From the NCBI GenBank assembly GCA_973895155.1, contig OZ316894.1:25542709-25606708 (forward strand): a DNA stretch of 64,000 nucleotides, read 5' to 3'. A program made the position numbers and the translations under genes. Shown here piece by piece: positions 1 through 13,654 of this stretch. This DNA is from Marsupella aquatica (lineage: Eukaryota; Plantae; Marchantiophyta). The notes beneath the pieces are model-generated. The model had not been told where the DNA came from, did not search any database, and was given only the letters and a program-made list of their open reading frames with translations. Each line of letters begins with the position of its first letter. The first letter of the stretch is position 1.

Positions 1-293
1 CTTTTAATAAAGCTAGTAAAAATCAAAATCTCGTAGGGCTTTGAGTGTATTATTGAGTGTATTGGGGCACTGTGGCACACATTGCACTTTACTTTACTCT
101 ATATACAAAAAGTTATTTTTGGACCAAGTGGACTACTGGAGTATTATTGGCCACAAACTTCAAATTTGATGGAGTAGTTAGGGACAGAAAAAAATTATGA
201 ACTACCAAATTCATAGTCCATAACTTTTTGTTATAAAAATTGGTCATATTCCATTGGTCATGGTTACCTCACAGGCTAGTGAAAAAACAAAAC

Positions 294-360
294 AAAAAAG
301 TCTCTAAACTAACCAAATTAGAAGCGCAAAAAAGTCTCTAAACTAACCAAATTAGAAGCG
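294..360. repeat. ~34-bp tandem duplication
   Basis: aaaaaagtctctaaactaaccaaattagaagcg occurs twice. Confidence 0.8.
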
Positions 361-1023
361 ATGGTCATTTGTTCATGACAGAAAGCCACCATCTGGAGCC
401 ATGTGGAGCTTTGAAGCTTTGGGAACCCCTATTAAATTGTCCTCTTTGACTTCTTGGGCCTCTTTGGTCTTGTTGGGGTCTTTTCCTTCACCCCTTTATT
501 GTGTTTTTTGGCCTTTTAGGACAATGTCTTCTGTGTGGCGTTCCTGTCTTTTTGGCGTTGTTTAATATATATATTAAATTGTTAAATTGGGTAAATTGGG
601 ACAGAGTGAACTATCAGATAACCTTGCTCTACATCCTGTACTGTAGATCATTTCGACGGTCTAATAACGTACACCCACCGTGCGCCGGCCGCTATGCTGG
701 TCCAGTCTTCGCCTTTCTCTCAAGTTCTGGAGTTCGTTCATATCTTCCTTCTCAAACAAGTGAAACAACACCAGATGTCTCGTACTTTACTGTCACATTC
801 ATTGCATCAGTCTCACATGTTCTCAGTCTGGTCTCGTGTTTCTCCACCGGTCAAGATGGAGCCGTTCCCTTCCTTCAGGACAACTCTGTAGTCGTGGTAT
901 AGAGTCTCCCACGAGGTCCCGTCCGTATGCAATGAAGTGAACGACGAGTGTTGGAAACAGATTCAGCAGCCTCTGAGTGAGGCCGGTTCTCACATGTCCT
1001 AGGCGAGCTTTCATTCGAAGGCC

Positions 1024-1947
1024 ATGAGTTGGCGTACATGGCATTCTCGAATTTCCGGCGTCCCTTTGCTCCTGCTCCTGATTCTCTCGGGGTCGGCATT
1101 TGTGCTCGGGCTTGTCACTTCAATCTTCGTTCGGGAGGCTTTCCAGTTGCGCTTTTCAGGCCCGGACAGATATGCTGATCCTCACTTCAGCCTACTTCCG
1201 GTGGATTTGGTCACCTTCCAAGACAACTGCTTGACAGATAGGGAAGAAGTCTCTGGCGAGAGAGTGAGGCAGCTCATTCTCGACAAAGTCTTTGATGGGA
1301 TCAGTCCGTTCGATGGCTTCCCGTCGAACGAGACCGCGCCGCTTCTTCGGAAGCAACGGATCAAAGGATGGGGTGCCAACGCCACCGTTTTCGAGAGGCT
1401 GATGAGGGAGGTGCGCCCCACTGTAATCGTGGAGCTCGGGTCGTTTCTCGGCGCGTCGGCCCTGCATATGGGCAAGACCGCTCGGAAGCTCACCTTGGAA
1501 CCGATCATACTCTGCGTGGACGACTTCCGTGGGTGGCCGGGCTTCCGCGACAAAAAATTCAAGGACATTAAGATTCACAACGGTGAGAACTTGCTGTACC
1601 ACCAGTTTTTGAAGAACATCCAGTTCATGAACTTCACGGACCTCATTCTTCCCGTGCCATACTCGACGGCTGCGGCGCTGTTGGCGTTCTGCGAGTGGGG
1701 CATTCGCCCGGATTTAATCGAGGTCGATGCGGCTCACAACTTTCATTCCACTTGGATAGATCTGAACTTAGCACATGCGATTCTGAAGCCTGGAGGGGTG
1801 ATGTTCGGCCACGACTACTTCAACCGCGGCAATGGTGAAGGCGTTCGCAGAGCTGTGGACATCTTTGCCAGGCTCAAGAATCTCAAAGTTGAGCCCGACG
1901 GTCAGCATTGGATTCTCCGAAACAGCAGCTACATTTTCCCGGAGTAG
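1024..1947 (+). CDS. Class I SAM-dependent methyltransferase (Methyltransf_24-like) with N-terminal membrane anchor; intronless, 307 aa
   Basis: Intact ATG-TAG ORF; hydrophobic N-terminus (VPLLLLLILSGSAFVLGLVTSIFV); motif I VELGSFLGAS; DLIEVDAAH and LKPGGVMFGHDY motifs. Confidence 0.9.
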   Translation: MSWRTWHSRISGVPLLLLLILSGSAFVLGLVTSIFVREAFQLRFSGPDRYADPHFSLLPVDLVTFQDNCLTDREEVSGERVRQLILDKVFDGISPFDGFPSNETAPLLRKQRIKGWGANATVFERLMREVRPTVIVELGSFLGASALHMGKTARKLTLEPIILCVDDFRGWPGFRDKKFKDIKIHNGENLLYHQFLKNIQFMNFTDLILPVPYSTAAALLAFCEWGIRPDLIEVDAAHNFHSTWIDLNLAHAILKPGGVMFGHDYFNRGNGEGVRRAVDIFARLKNLKVEPDGQHWILRNSSYIFPE

Positions 1948-4417
1948 TCCTCTGGTTTCCTTCGATCAAAGCGTGGTCACCATTAAATGACGAGATTCTA
2001 TAGCTTAGAGGGATTCTTTTAGGCTTAGATTTAACGAGGATAACATTCAGGGTTGCGGGAAAAGTAAAACATTTTCCCCAACGTACAATGCCCTAGCTTT
2101 TATCCTGGTTAAAGACCTCTACAGAATCTTTTGATAATTTATCACTTACTAGTGTCTTATTAGTGCTCCGTTGCCTGTAGTTCAACGAACGGGCTCGTAG
2201 CATCGCCTCAAACAGGACCTGCTTCCATCCTAGACCATGAGCAGAGATGGCAATAGGAAGGAAAAAGCAATGAGCAGATGAAAAGATATATGGGCTTTGG
2301 CGAATTTCACCTGATAATCTAGTTAGAGTCTACTCAAAAAGAAGAGCTGATGGTTAATGTAGGCCATACGATCGGCTCAGCTCCACTAGTTATTGTACCC
2401 TTTCTTGTCTACAATCATCTCAGTCCTCGACGTTCATGTGTTGGACTGTGAGGTACCCTCCTATCATCCCGAACTCGTGTGAAGGTCGTTGGCATTCAAT
2501 TACGATTCAAGTTCTGGTTCCTTGAATTCTGTGATTCAGCTTCCAATTTAATTTGACAGTGTCATCCACTGTTACTCAATCTTCCTTTGCCCGTGGCCTT
2601 CCTGGACAGGCATATTGTATAGGAAACACTAGAACGCATTTTGTTCCTTGTCTTTGTTTTTGCCTCTGTACTTCGAAAGTCTCGGGTGCATATACAGAAC
2701 AGTTTGCTATCGAATGTCTGGGGTATTCAGAATTCCAGAATTATGCAGCGCAGATCTGCTCTTATGCAAACTCTATTTATTCTGCGAGTGGTCTTTGATC
2801 CATTCCCCGAACATTTGAAACCAGGCAACTGCGTGTCAGACTTAGGACGTACTGATTGGTCCAGTGAACTAGAGGCATTCCAGTGATAATGATATGCTGT
2901 CCATGACTAGCCTAAAGGTGATCGATAACCACTCTCTGAAAGGGCAAGGGAGCGAAAGATAAGCACGCCTGGGAGGTAGATAGGTGTAGAAGTGGACTTC
3001 ATGTAGAGAATAGTCGTCATATTGTAGAACTCAAATTGATTTCAACGAGAGTGGAATACTCAGTGTTGGGAAAGGAGGTTACACATTCACATTGCTCACG
3101 ACACAAGTGGAGAAATATTGCACAAAATTTGCATCCAGAGTATGATGGTAATCTGCAATAGAATTCAATTATGTGCATATGCGCTGTTGTTGTTTCTACT
3201 ATGATTGTTGACAAGGACAGGAGTAACCAATGGCCTGAATGGCCTGCGCTGCGCAAAGTTACTTAGAGTGGCTATTACGCTGTGCCGGGACAGGGGTCTT
3301 AAAAAAGGCCATGACCAGTAACACGGGCAAATCCACTCTGGCTAAGAACAAACTGGACTCCCAAGCAATGTTTGTTGCAGAATTTTGTGACGAGCATCTG
3401 TTGACTTACACTGCCAATCAGTGTTTCACTTAGCTATCCGGAAAGATCTCCCCAGCGCTGATGGAAGAGACGGAGAGAAAGATCAAGTAAAGTTACCCAC
3501 AACCTGTAGCCGTCAAGCAGAGATTGAATTTGCGTCGAAGTTGCTTCGGTTCAGCAGCAAACGGGACTAAATGAACCCAACAGATGGATTGCCCAAAGAG
3601 GAATAAATGAATATCTTTCTTCCCGTCTGCCGTTAGATTGGACTGAGTGCTCATTATGAACCCTAACACAGGGTCACGAATTGTGATCAAAACAAAGCAC
3701 TAGCAGCGAGAGAGCATGTACGAATTGTTAACCACATATTCATAGGAAGTCCCAAGGATTTCTTAGCTGACCTTTGTCTGGCGAAGTTTGGAAAATAAAT
3801 TCCAGAGGCCTTGCCAATCCCGAAACACAACTCAGGTCTGCCATTAAAAATCCTATGGCTTTTGCAGGCCTTTCAGATTCCAATCTTGACCCTGCGAAGG
3901 TGGCGTCCGGTAATTGCACATCAAAATGTAACAAGCTTTCGCAGGCCTTTCAAACTTCAATCTTCACAATGTGACAATATACGTGTACTATATTTGGCCG
4001 TCAAATGGTATCATTGAAGTTTATGGAAATATACCCTTATCCTCATTTTAGCCTCATCTAGGCTCTTATAGCTATTGAACATCGGTTGATAGAATTTACA
4101 CAGCTCAAACCTCAGGATGCGATCAATTGCAAATAGTATACTGTCCAACAATAAGACACGCGCTAAGGTACATCCTCCACAACCGAAAGATATGTGTCGC
4201 TGTTGAACTCTTTACTCGACTCCCACAGATCCGTGTGCAGTTGTTCCCGAGAGACGATTTGAAGCGGCAAGAGCTGGGGGCTTTCTGTTCGAGCTTTGAT
4301 GGCAGATAAGAAACTGGACAGGCGATCGTTCAGATAGGGGAACTAACACCAACTGCACTCTTGAAATACAAGAAAGAAGCGGGAACACCGTATTTGAGCT
4401 CTGTTGGCAGCTGAAAA

Positions 4418-6224
4418 ATGGGAAGGGTGGACATGCAGGTGAGTCACCTCACATTGACGGGTTGTCGTAGCTGCACTCTTTTTTTGTGAACAGCGCCTTG
4501 GCTGTATGTCTGACTTTGCTTGTTAATCTTCAGATGAGTTTTCCGCCTTCCTCCGCTACTACTCCTACTGCCTCGTCCCCACGAGCTGCCATTAAATATA
4601 TCTGATGCCGTGAATGTGACGATAGGGTATTGGTCGAGAGGATATGGATCTGATGTCCCCGAAGCTTGTCTATGCGTGTCGGTGAGGTGCACCTGTTTAC
4701 TAATGCTCAAACTTCTAGAATTTGCTGTAGCTGCGTGGCAGCAGTACTCCAAAAAGTCGTCTCGAATTTGAAATAGTTTTTGCAATCTGTAATGGCTCGG
4801 AACGAACTGTAGAGAGTTTATGTTCGCACTAGGACATTCATCGGTAGTCAATCAGTCGGTCTCTACTGGTATGGATGGGTGCTATGAATCAGTTCTCAGA
4901 AAGAAACCTTCGCAAGCGTCCAGATTCCATCAGAGATCCTGCTTCGGTGCACTGATAGTATTCTTTCTAGCTTCTGACTCTAACTAACTCATTGATCGAT
5001 TACAACCTGGTGGATTGATAATCATTCATTTGTTTGCCGTGTGTCCATTTAAGAGTGTGTATAATGTATCTACGCAAGCGTCCAGATTTCATCAGAGGCC
5101 CAGTTTCGGTGCATTGGCGCTTTTCTTTCTAGCTTTTGACTCTAGCACTGACTCGTTGATCGATTACAACCAGGTGGACATTTATCCATTTGTTTGCTGT
5201 GGGTCCATTTAAAAGTGTTTATAATGTATTTTTAAACGCTTCATCATGCTTGTTGGCAGGTTAGAAGTTTGATCAGGGTCTTAGTTATCAGCTGCTGTTT
5301 GGCATTAAGCTCTCACGCCGAAGACCCGTCTCCCAAACCATGGCCAGAACAATTTTATGCTCAGCTGTATCAGCACAAAGGAGGGGTGGCTTTGGCAGTG
5401 ACAGATCTCTGGTATGATTGGCCCAATGGTCGAAATTTCAACATCATCCAGCATCAGCTTTCTTACAAGATGTATGACTTGGAGTGGAACAATGGCACAT
5501 CCTACTATTTCGATCTTGCCGCCAAGACCTGCAACACGGTGCTCTTTGAGGTGGGAATATTGTCGCCAGATTGGCTTGACCATTCCCATTACTTAGGAGA
5601 AGAGGAGCTCAATGGGTTTACATGCAATGTCTGGGAGAAGGAGGACTTCATCACATACTACGAAGATAAGGGAACCGGAAGACCTGTAGGTTGGCTTTTC
5701 AGATCATCAGGTGTGCGCAATTCTATGGGATTTCTTGCTTGTAATCGTATTCCATTAGAACATATCTATCCTGTGTGGGTGAGTTACCGAACGCTTTAGA
5801 CAACAACTTTCTTCATGTCGAACTTGGTAGTCTTCTGCAAGCCTCGGCCATTTTCTGCTCTATGTGATGTAACAGACATTGGTAAAAGGAGCGAGTCCCA
5901 CCACTCTGTATGCCGTTACCCTTGGGCTCCCACAATGCAGAGCAAAAGTCACCTAGATAATTTGACTAATACGAGAATGATTTTGTGTGTTCTCATATTG
6001 TAGGCCAATTCATTCACGTGATTACTTTTGAGGTTGGAGCTACTTTGGCGGAGGACAATTGGCAAGCTCCAGTACAATGCTTCACAAGTACCGCTGCTGA
6101 AGAGTATATTCCAGGGTCCATTCATTCCGCTCTCCTACTTCTCAGCCAAGAACATTCAACGTGGAATGAGCCTTGGAAAAGATCACTGTGGGCGATGTCG
6201 GGCCTCAACCGGAGTTGGTCCTGA
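4418..6224 (+). CDS. At4g14100-like secreted protein, copy 1; exons 4418-4438, 5260-5710, 6004-6224
   Basis: Signal peptide then [64 protein letters not shown]. Junctions CAG|gtgagt..ggcag|GTT and TCAG|gtgtgc..tgtag|GC keep frame. Exon 1 (MGRVDMQ) is the least certain part. Confidence 0.85.
4911..5230. repeat. Diverged ~162-bp tandem duplication in intron 1 of copy 1
   Basis: cgcaagcgtccagatt(c/t)catcagag...gatcgattacaacc...tccatttaa..gtgt.tataatgtat occurs twice (~4911 and ~5073). Confidence 0.75.
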
Positions 6225-7545
6225 TAGTAGCAGAGCTTCCATCTATTTCCTCTCTTTTCGATCCATTTCCAGACAGTCTGTTCCGTCACTTTTTCTCACT
6301 TGCCGCGTAACATATCCTTCGAACCTGGGAGAGGGGAAGTGTCATTTTGAAGGTGAGCTCTTTAAATGAAGTACGGCGAGGTAGGACATTCAAGTGCTCT
6401 GGGAACCTTTGAACACCGTTTCAGGCTACGGCATCTTGAACAGAATCATGTTTTGTTGTATTCTCTTCTCAGTAAGCAAATCTACATCAAATGTTGGGCA
6501 CAGCCGTTTCTCCGAAGCAGGCAAGCAGGTCACTTGCTTAGTGGGCCCAAAGACTGTAGCAAAGTAAATGAGTTTGAGAAACTGAGCTACATCAAGGATT
6601 TGGAAGTTTCCTGGGGAATAGTTCCATCACGATTTTTTAAAGAAGAGTCTTGCAACCTACTGAGTCATCACTCTATTAAGCGTCGCAGATGGTGGCGTTC
6701 TCAGGGACCCTGAACTGACTTACTCACTTTGACCGTCGCAGTGTGGATTTCGATAAATATAGTTTGATCCAAGCAAAATCAGTTGGCTGCAAGCTTTTTT
6801 AAGCCAGCTTGCACAGGCTACTTACTTCTATGTTCTTACTGACTTCTTACAAGACGGGAAAACTTCTAAGTAGAATCGAGGTATGCACAACCCAGTCATA
6901 GCAATCATGAGTTGTAACATTTGAGTGGGTTTGAGGAAATGAAATGTTACGCCTTGTGTCTACTGCTTCAACTATTGTGTGAATACAGAGCAAAAACCCT
7001 TATAAGAAGGCGAACGGAAAACCTTACTGTCATTCAGTACATATCCTTTCACTTGTCGTGTTATAAACCTTACACAATTCCTTCTATTGCAACAAGCAAT
7101 TCGCCTTCACAAAATGGATATAGTTTCAGTTAAACAAGTAGACTGATATCCGGGGGAAGTCACAATCGTATTTCATGCCCCACATCCCCAAGGGAACAAG
7201 ATGCAGCTGAGATACATCTGTATTTCCATAGAACTAAAGAAACAAACTTCCCTAAAGCTTAGGTTTCTTTGTCCCTCTAATGCAGCCCTTCAAGCATACC
7301 CATGACTCAGAATTGACAAGTCCAAAATAATAAAATCTGGTAGGCAATGGTCCAATGTGAACTTAAAGACATGGACCACGTAGTAGGTCCAAAAAACCAT
7401 GCACGTGCCAAGCAACACTGCTAGGACAACAGAAGACCGATGGGAATAAAGTAGCATAACGAGCAAAGGTGAAAGTGCTACATATTTCAGTTACATATTT
7501 GCAAATTGAAGTGTAAACCTAGTAAACTTTCCACCAAATACGGCT

Positions 7546-8348
7546 CTATGAGCTTTCAACATGAGTCAAATTACTCGATGACAAAGGTATTACATCGTTC
7601 ATCATGTTGCTGGGCATGTCCTCCAGGGACCGGAAAGTAAATGCAGCTGTCCCTCCAGCTTCTTCAGAAGATGTAGTGCCTGAGAAGCAGTAGGATGGTA
7701 CTTGCCAAACCATGTCTGGTAGAACGGCTCCAACCTCAAAAGTTATAACGTGCAAGAATTGACCTGCTCACATGCGGCGAAGAGAAATATATATAGTCAG
7801 TCACTCATGGAAAGGACCAGTCATCACATCTTAGAGCCTATGCACAATGTCAACAATTTGATGAAGTAACAACCGATCATATTCTCCTCACCTGTGTTTC
7901 GGAACAACCAAGCAACAGGCCTATGAGTTTGGACATCTTCATAGTAAGTGATGAAATCCGCTTTCTCCCACACGTTGCAAGTGAATCCATCTATCTGCCT
8001 TACGCCTAAGTAATGAGACTCGTCCACGAGCCAATCAGGCCTGAGTATTCCCACCGGAAAGAGAATAGAATAGCAGGTCTTTGCCTCCAAATCATAGTAG
8101 TAGGAAGTCCCATTGGTCCACTCCAAGTCCCAGAGCTTCTGAGAAAGCTGTTGTTGTATGATGTTGAAGTTTCTACCGTTTGGCCAGTCATACCAGAGGT
8201 CTATGATAGACAGCTTCTCGTTCAAGGTCTGCAGGATTTTCGCATGAAACTGCCCTGGCCATGGAGTTGGAGATGGATCTTCTGATTGACAGCTAATTAA
8301 AGGCAAGCAGAGGACCAAAAACAGACACCACAAAGTCTTTACCTGCAT
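7546..8348 (-). CDS. At4g14100-like secreted protein, copy 2, convergent with copy 1; exons ~8348-7892 and 7763-7546
   Basis: Clear paralog ([52 protein letters not shown]); intron ACAG|gtgag..gcag|GT at the same position and phase as in copy 1. The start is either ATG CAG GTA at 8348 or an unseen upstream exon using that CAG as acceptor. Confidence 0.85.
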
Positions 8349-10450
8349 TGGAAGAACCACATTGCTTGGTGTCAATAATCAGTAAAAGAAATTCCCAGTA
8401 TTCGTCACCATGAATTGGATGATGGGATAACTTGCTTTACTTCTGGGAGTCAAAAGATTGATGACTTTCACACATTTGCGGTCACGTTTTATGGCCACAT
8501 GACATGCGAGTGTTGGAAAGCCAGTTTTCCTGGGATTGGTCAGATTTAGGGAGTCGGAATGACACGCAGTCACAATGAAGGCAACTATGACCAACGTTTT
8601 GCTGAATGGAATGCAGGAGAATTGGAAATCTACCGAAAATATTCCATCTTCCCAAACATTCCCTTTGGACTTTCGATTTTATCGACTTCGAACCATGATT
8701 GACAGATTTATGCTTGCGTGAGGATGTGAGTTTGATTATCATGGAGCGACACCAGCAACACCAAGAAGCTAATTTGGAGTACAAAATTAATATCACACTG
8801 ACAACTCCTTATGAATGAGTCATATGAGGCCCCTGAAACCCAGATTCCCAAATTGCTATCTGGGACTGAGCAAAGCGAGGTCATTGACCATGGCCAGCTT
8901 TTGGGGGTATAAACCCAACTCAAGCCTATAGTACTATTTCGCATCCGAAGTTCAACGCTGTTCCACCTTGATTATGATAAAACTAGAGGCAGGAGCTCCA
9001 GTGGTCACAGTTTACCATCAAGTGGAGAATCACACGAAAACTCTCGACTAGTGATCTGTCCGCCTTTAACCATATTAGCCAGTGGTTGTATGAAGCATTT
9101 TATGGACTGATCCCACAGGTAATATGAATGACCAAAGGTCAGTACTGGCCATACTCAGCTCATTACGATTGCTTGATCATAAAAGACCGGTTCGCAATCT
9201 GTCAAGATTGCACTAGCCAAGCTTGGCCATTGTCGTGCACTGGCAAGCCAGCAATTTATAGTTGCTTATTTCTTAGAGGTACTAGCTCCAATTCTAATCA
9301 AACGCAGCGGAGGATTTCGCGAAACAGTTTGCTCCAATTCAAACAACCCTGTGGAAGCCGAGAGAACGAGCTAGATAGACTGCCACTTAGAGGAGCTGGT
9401 TCCCAAGTCAACTTATAACTTCTGGAAGCCGTGCAGACGAGCTACAGTAGGTCGCCACGACAATGCCCAAGAGAATCGGCTCCCAGACAAATTATATCCC
9501 CGTGAAGCCGCGCAAACAAGCTAGGTGAGCAACCAAACAACAAGCTCTCACAAAAACCAATCCACTTTAACGAAAGCAAGCCACCTCCCTCCGTGCCACA
9601 TCAACTAGGTTTGCTTACATCCAAGTGTTGGTTTACACAATTGATGGCTGCCAGCTCCCGAAGAAGCAAAATCCAACAGCAATCAAGCACCCACGTGTTT
9701 GCTCACCTGCATTAATGACACACCCATTCTTCGGATGCGTGTACGAGGACAACTATGCACACCAAGTCCTTATTAAGACAAGCAATGCCGCATCTGATTT
9801 CACTCCATCGCCAGGCAGCTGGAATGTGAAGTCGGAAGGCTATGCCCCATGCTCCCTCCAGGTAGTCCTCGAAACTTCTTGTAGTCGTCCGACAACCTAC
9901 ACTCGGTGACTCTCTGGCAATGCAGCTCCTGACAGACAATGGATTCAACCTCTCAAGCTCGGTGAGGAGACAATGTCCTTGGGCATTCGTGACCCGCAAT
10001 TGTCAAAGATCAGAATTGTTGACAGTTACGAAAGCGAAGAGCTGGAAATGTAAAATTATTGGAGGTTGCGCTCTGGTGTGCAAACCTCCGAACCTGCGTT
10101 CCCGCAATCTCGGATGCTTCTTTCAATACTTCGGGAGAAGATGATCCGTCTGTGCGAATCCAGTCCTCCATCAGTCCTGGGACAGGACTTGGTAGTGGGT
10201 CCCCTTGTTTCATTGGGTTATTCCGTGTGACACGACTGTACTGTATGTTTTTGTCTAACCTGAGGGTTCACTCGACGACTGGTCTGGTAAGACTGGTACA
10301 GTACTGTGATTACGGTACAGACCTGAATGTTAGTGTACTTCCACATTTTTACATTTATGTACTTCCACATTTTTACATTTATGTGGATACCACACTTTTC
10401 CCGCTCGTTTCTCCAACCATGCCAAAGTGATTTGTGTGGACAATTAACTC

Positions 10451-10830
10451 GACCATTATATTCTACTAGCCTGAGGCCTATGAGTAAAAAGATGTTGAGG
10501 TGAAAAAAGGTGGCCAAGTGAGAAAAATATGAACCATTGATTTTACTAGCCTGATGCCTATGAGTAATAAGATGTTGAGGTGAAAAAAGGTGGCGAAGTG
10601 AGAAAAATATGTCGAGGTGACAAAAGATGTTGATGAGAGAAAGAGATGTCGAGGAGAGAAAAAAAACATGTCGAGGAGAGAAAAGATGGTAATGTGAGAA
10701 ACATATGTGAAAGTGAGGAAAATATGTCGAGTCAGTTGAGAAAAGATGTTGAGGAGAGAAAAAGTTGTCAAGGAGACAAAAGACTTCGAGGGTGAGAAAA
10801 ACTGGTCAGATGATAAAAAAATATCAAGGC
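10451..10830. repeat. ~81-bp tandem duplication followed by a degenerate purine-rich minisatellite
   Basis: tactagcctga.gcctatgagtaa.aagatgttgaggtgaaaaaaggtggc.aagtgagaaaaatat twice, then repeated gatgt(c/t)gaggagagaaaaa units. Confidence 0.75.
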
Positions 10831-11943
10831 AAGATAAAGTTGTTGTGGTGGTGTTCAATAGCCCATGCGTTGCACATGGAAATTGGAGATGTGAGATAAC
10901 AGTCATTGCATCATGTCCCGACTACCATAGGGTGCAAGTTCTGACGCTTTCTGATTGATGTTGCAATCGGAAATACTGGCTCAAGAGCATGAGAAAGCAA
11001 TTTGGCTGATATCAATCCTCAGGTCACGTCAAACCATGGATGCTAAAATGTTTGGCAGTTTCTTTGGGTGAGGCGGGGTATCCGTGGACCAGTGGAATTG
11101 TGGAATTTGTAGAGGGACGACATCATTGTATCTAGTCACTGACAAGTCTGGGAGAGAGTAAGCTGAGTGAGTAGTTCCTTGATCCATTGATTCAGATTGA
11201 GAATGTTGATAAGTTTTTTGAGAAGTGTTTTTTTATAAATAATTTTAAGCAGAAATTTGTGAAACTTTGCAGAAAGGGAACAATTAATCACAACATTTGA
11301 ACCAAAGATCTATCAGTCTCCACTCAAGTGAGCTACCGCACAGTGATGCGCCTCTGGGCGAGTGTTGATAAGTTACATTTCTTGGGAGAAATGATTGCAA
11401 AATGCTTCTGACATTTTTTGCTACCTATTGTGTGGCAGATTTGAGGAGCAGTTCAGTAAAAACAACACTTACAATATGGACTGCTACAACAAGGAGAAGT
11501 TCAGGAATGTTTACCATAGTCACAAATAATTTTGTGATGAATGTGAAACAATATAAGCTAGCGCCATTTCTTAGCTATTGAGGAGGCAAAAAAGCCAGAT
11601 TTGTTTGTGCTAGCTATAATGAACTCTGTTGGCATTGTGTGGTACAATCGGGCTCATAAAAGTTGGGAAGGGCGACGGAGTAGTTTGGCTGAAGAGTATG
11701 GCCTTACTGGTTGGATTGCCCCCTGAAATTTTCACAAATTAGAGTGGGAGAGCAACATTGGTGACACGCATGACTGCCAAGGGAGTTCACGATGAGGTAG
11801 GCATGCCATTACTGGTCATCACAGTACTGGAGGGTACAAGAGGTATGACCAAACTCAAAATGGAAGCTGCATCATAAATGTGTGCAAATCCAAAGTTAGG
11901 CTATAGAGAAGCACAGGCTCATGTACATATTTTTGGAGGAGTA

Positions 11944-12400
11944 TTTTTTTTGTTTGAAAAAGGGGGTGCAAAGGCTGTCAATAACATGCAATGGGGCAAA
12001 AGCAACCCAAGAAAGAAACAAACGGGCCCAACGCTCGGGATCCAAACAGTCCAGCAACACCACATAGATGAGCCAATCACAATAGCATCATCGGTGCCCC
12101 GGGACATCCTAAGGCTCCTACATCTCTCTCCCATTAGTTAAAATCTGTCTGTTGCACTCAAAAAACTCTTGGTGTTTCTTACAACCATCCTTGTTGAGTT
12201 TTCTTACTATTATAATTTCTTTGGCTGAATTGTGTATTGTTGTTCCATCTTTTCTTGACCACTCTGTCATTATCCAAGAATCTGTTGTAATCCTTGATCC
12301 CTGCCTTGATCACTCCACCTCAAGTTGTTTTGCATTTCAATCATTGTTGTCATCCCCATACTGATGCCACATGCTCCATGCGCTGGCACCTACTTCCATG
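11944..12400 (-). mobile_element. Probable LINE 3'-UTR remnant
   Basis: Poly(T) on + at ~11944-11951, followed by aaaagggggg..gcaac..gggcccaac sequence resembling the 3' end of the 13655-15310 LINE; no TSD found. Confidence 0.35.
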
Positions 12401-13654
12401 CACAAGTTGGACAATTGAAAAATGACTATTAAACTCTGTAGTCCATGTATTATAGAAACCTGTTGTGTCAGGAAGGAAAAGTGTCAAAAAGTAGCATTAT
12501 AGTGTTAGGACGCAAAATTAAGTGTAGATTACATAATCCCATTGTGTCTAGAGGCAACGTTATTGAATTGGTGACGTCCACCAGAAACTTTCAGGAGACA
12601 GTTTAGAAAGGAGAAAGAGAACCAACACTTAGGGCTTGTAGAATCCATATCTGTCAAAATTCAACATCTTTGCCTGTACCAAGTCAACTATTTCTGAGTT
12701 TGACATGTGCCCTATTGGCTAACATCAAGAACAAGGCATTTCCCCAGGAAAACTGAGGCTAAGTGGCTCCAGGAGATGATGGATCGTAATTTCTAAATTC
12801 TGGGGTCACTTCCAAAATGAGCTCTGAACAAGCCATGAGCTTTGTTCCCAATAAGTTTCCCTACAGTCATTTGGGCTCACCCAGATTAGAATTTTGCACC
12901 AAGAGGTATCATTCTCCTGACTTTCTTCCAATTGTGTTTTACTAACCTGCCCCGGGCCAAAACTGATTGCTCTTGTCAACAGGTCCCCCAAAGTATTTTA
13001 ATTCTTACCTAGACCTCCTTTGGTATATGGGTTTACCTTAACTTTTGTACTTAACCAAGGTACTCTCTCATTCGCCATTTGACATGTGGCAAGGTGCTAT
13101 TTGCCCCGCCTTACCCTTGTCGGTACTTCTCAAACCTGGGCCCAACTGTGGCTCCCCCCTATGTGCAAATGCTGGCCCAACAATAGGGCCTCCCCTTCCT
13201 TTGCTCCTTTTCCCGTCACAGACCTGATGATGCCCAGGGAAAACCATAGTTGGGAGGTCATAACCACACACATAAATTAACACCAGATGCAACACAACCT
13301 ATGTTTCCCATAAAGCATGTTCATCCTGGATCATGTTTCATTTTTTGTCTTGTAGTCATGTGTGAATTACTAGTACATAGTATTTGATTAAATTTTAGTG
13401 GGATATAATACAAGAATAAAAGTACAGCACATGCCAAATAAAACTACACTTCACATAATGAAAGGAAAAGTACAAGTGCACAAATCCTGAAAGTTGTGGA
13501 GATAACCTACATATTCTCATTTACCCTAATGACAGGCAAATCTATCAAATGTTCTGCACATAAGAGGCATAAAGACCCTCACTTGTCTTAGGTAATGACA
13601 ATAAAAACCTAGAAAAAAACCATAAATTTAGGAAAGAAACGTATAAGGACAACC

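Noticed and set aside
9350-10150. Three degenerate gaagccg..acgagcta units and short ORFs
   Set aside because: Possibly a transposon relic, but no diagnostic motif or termini were found.
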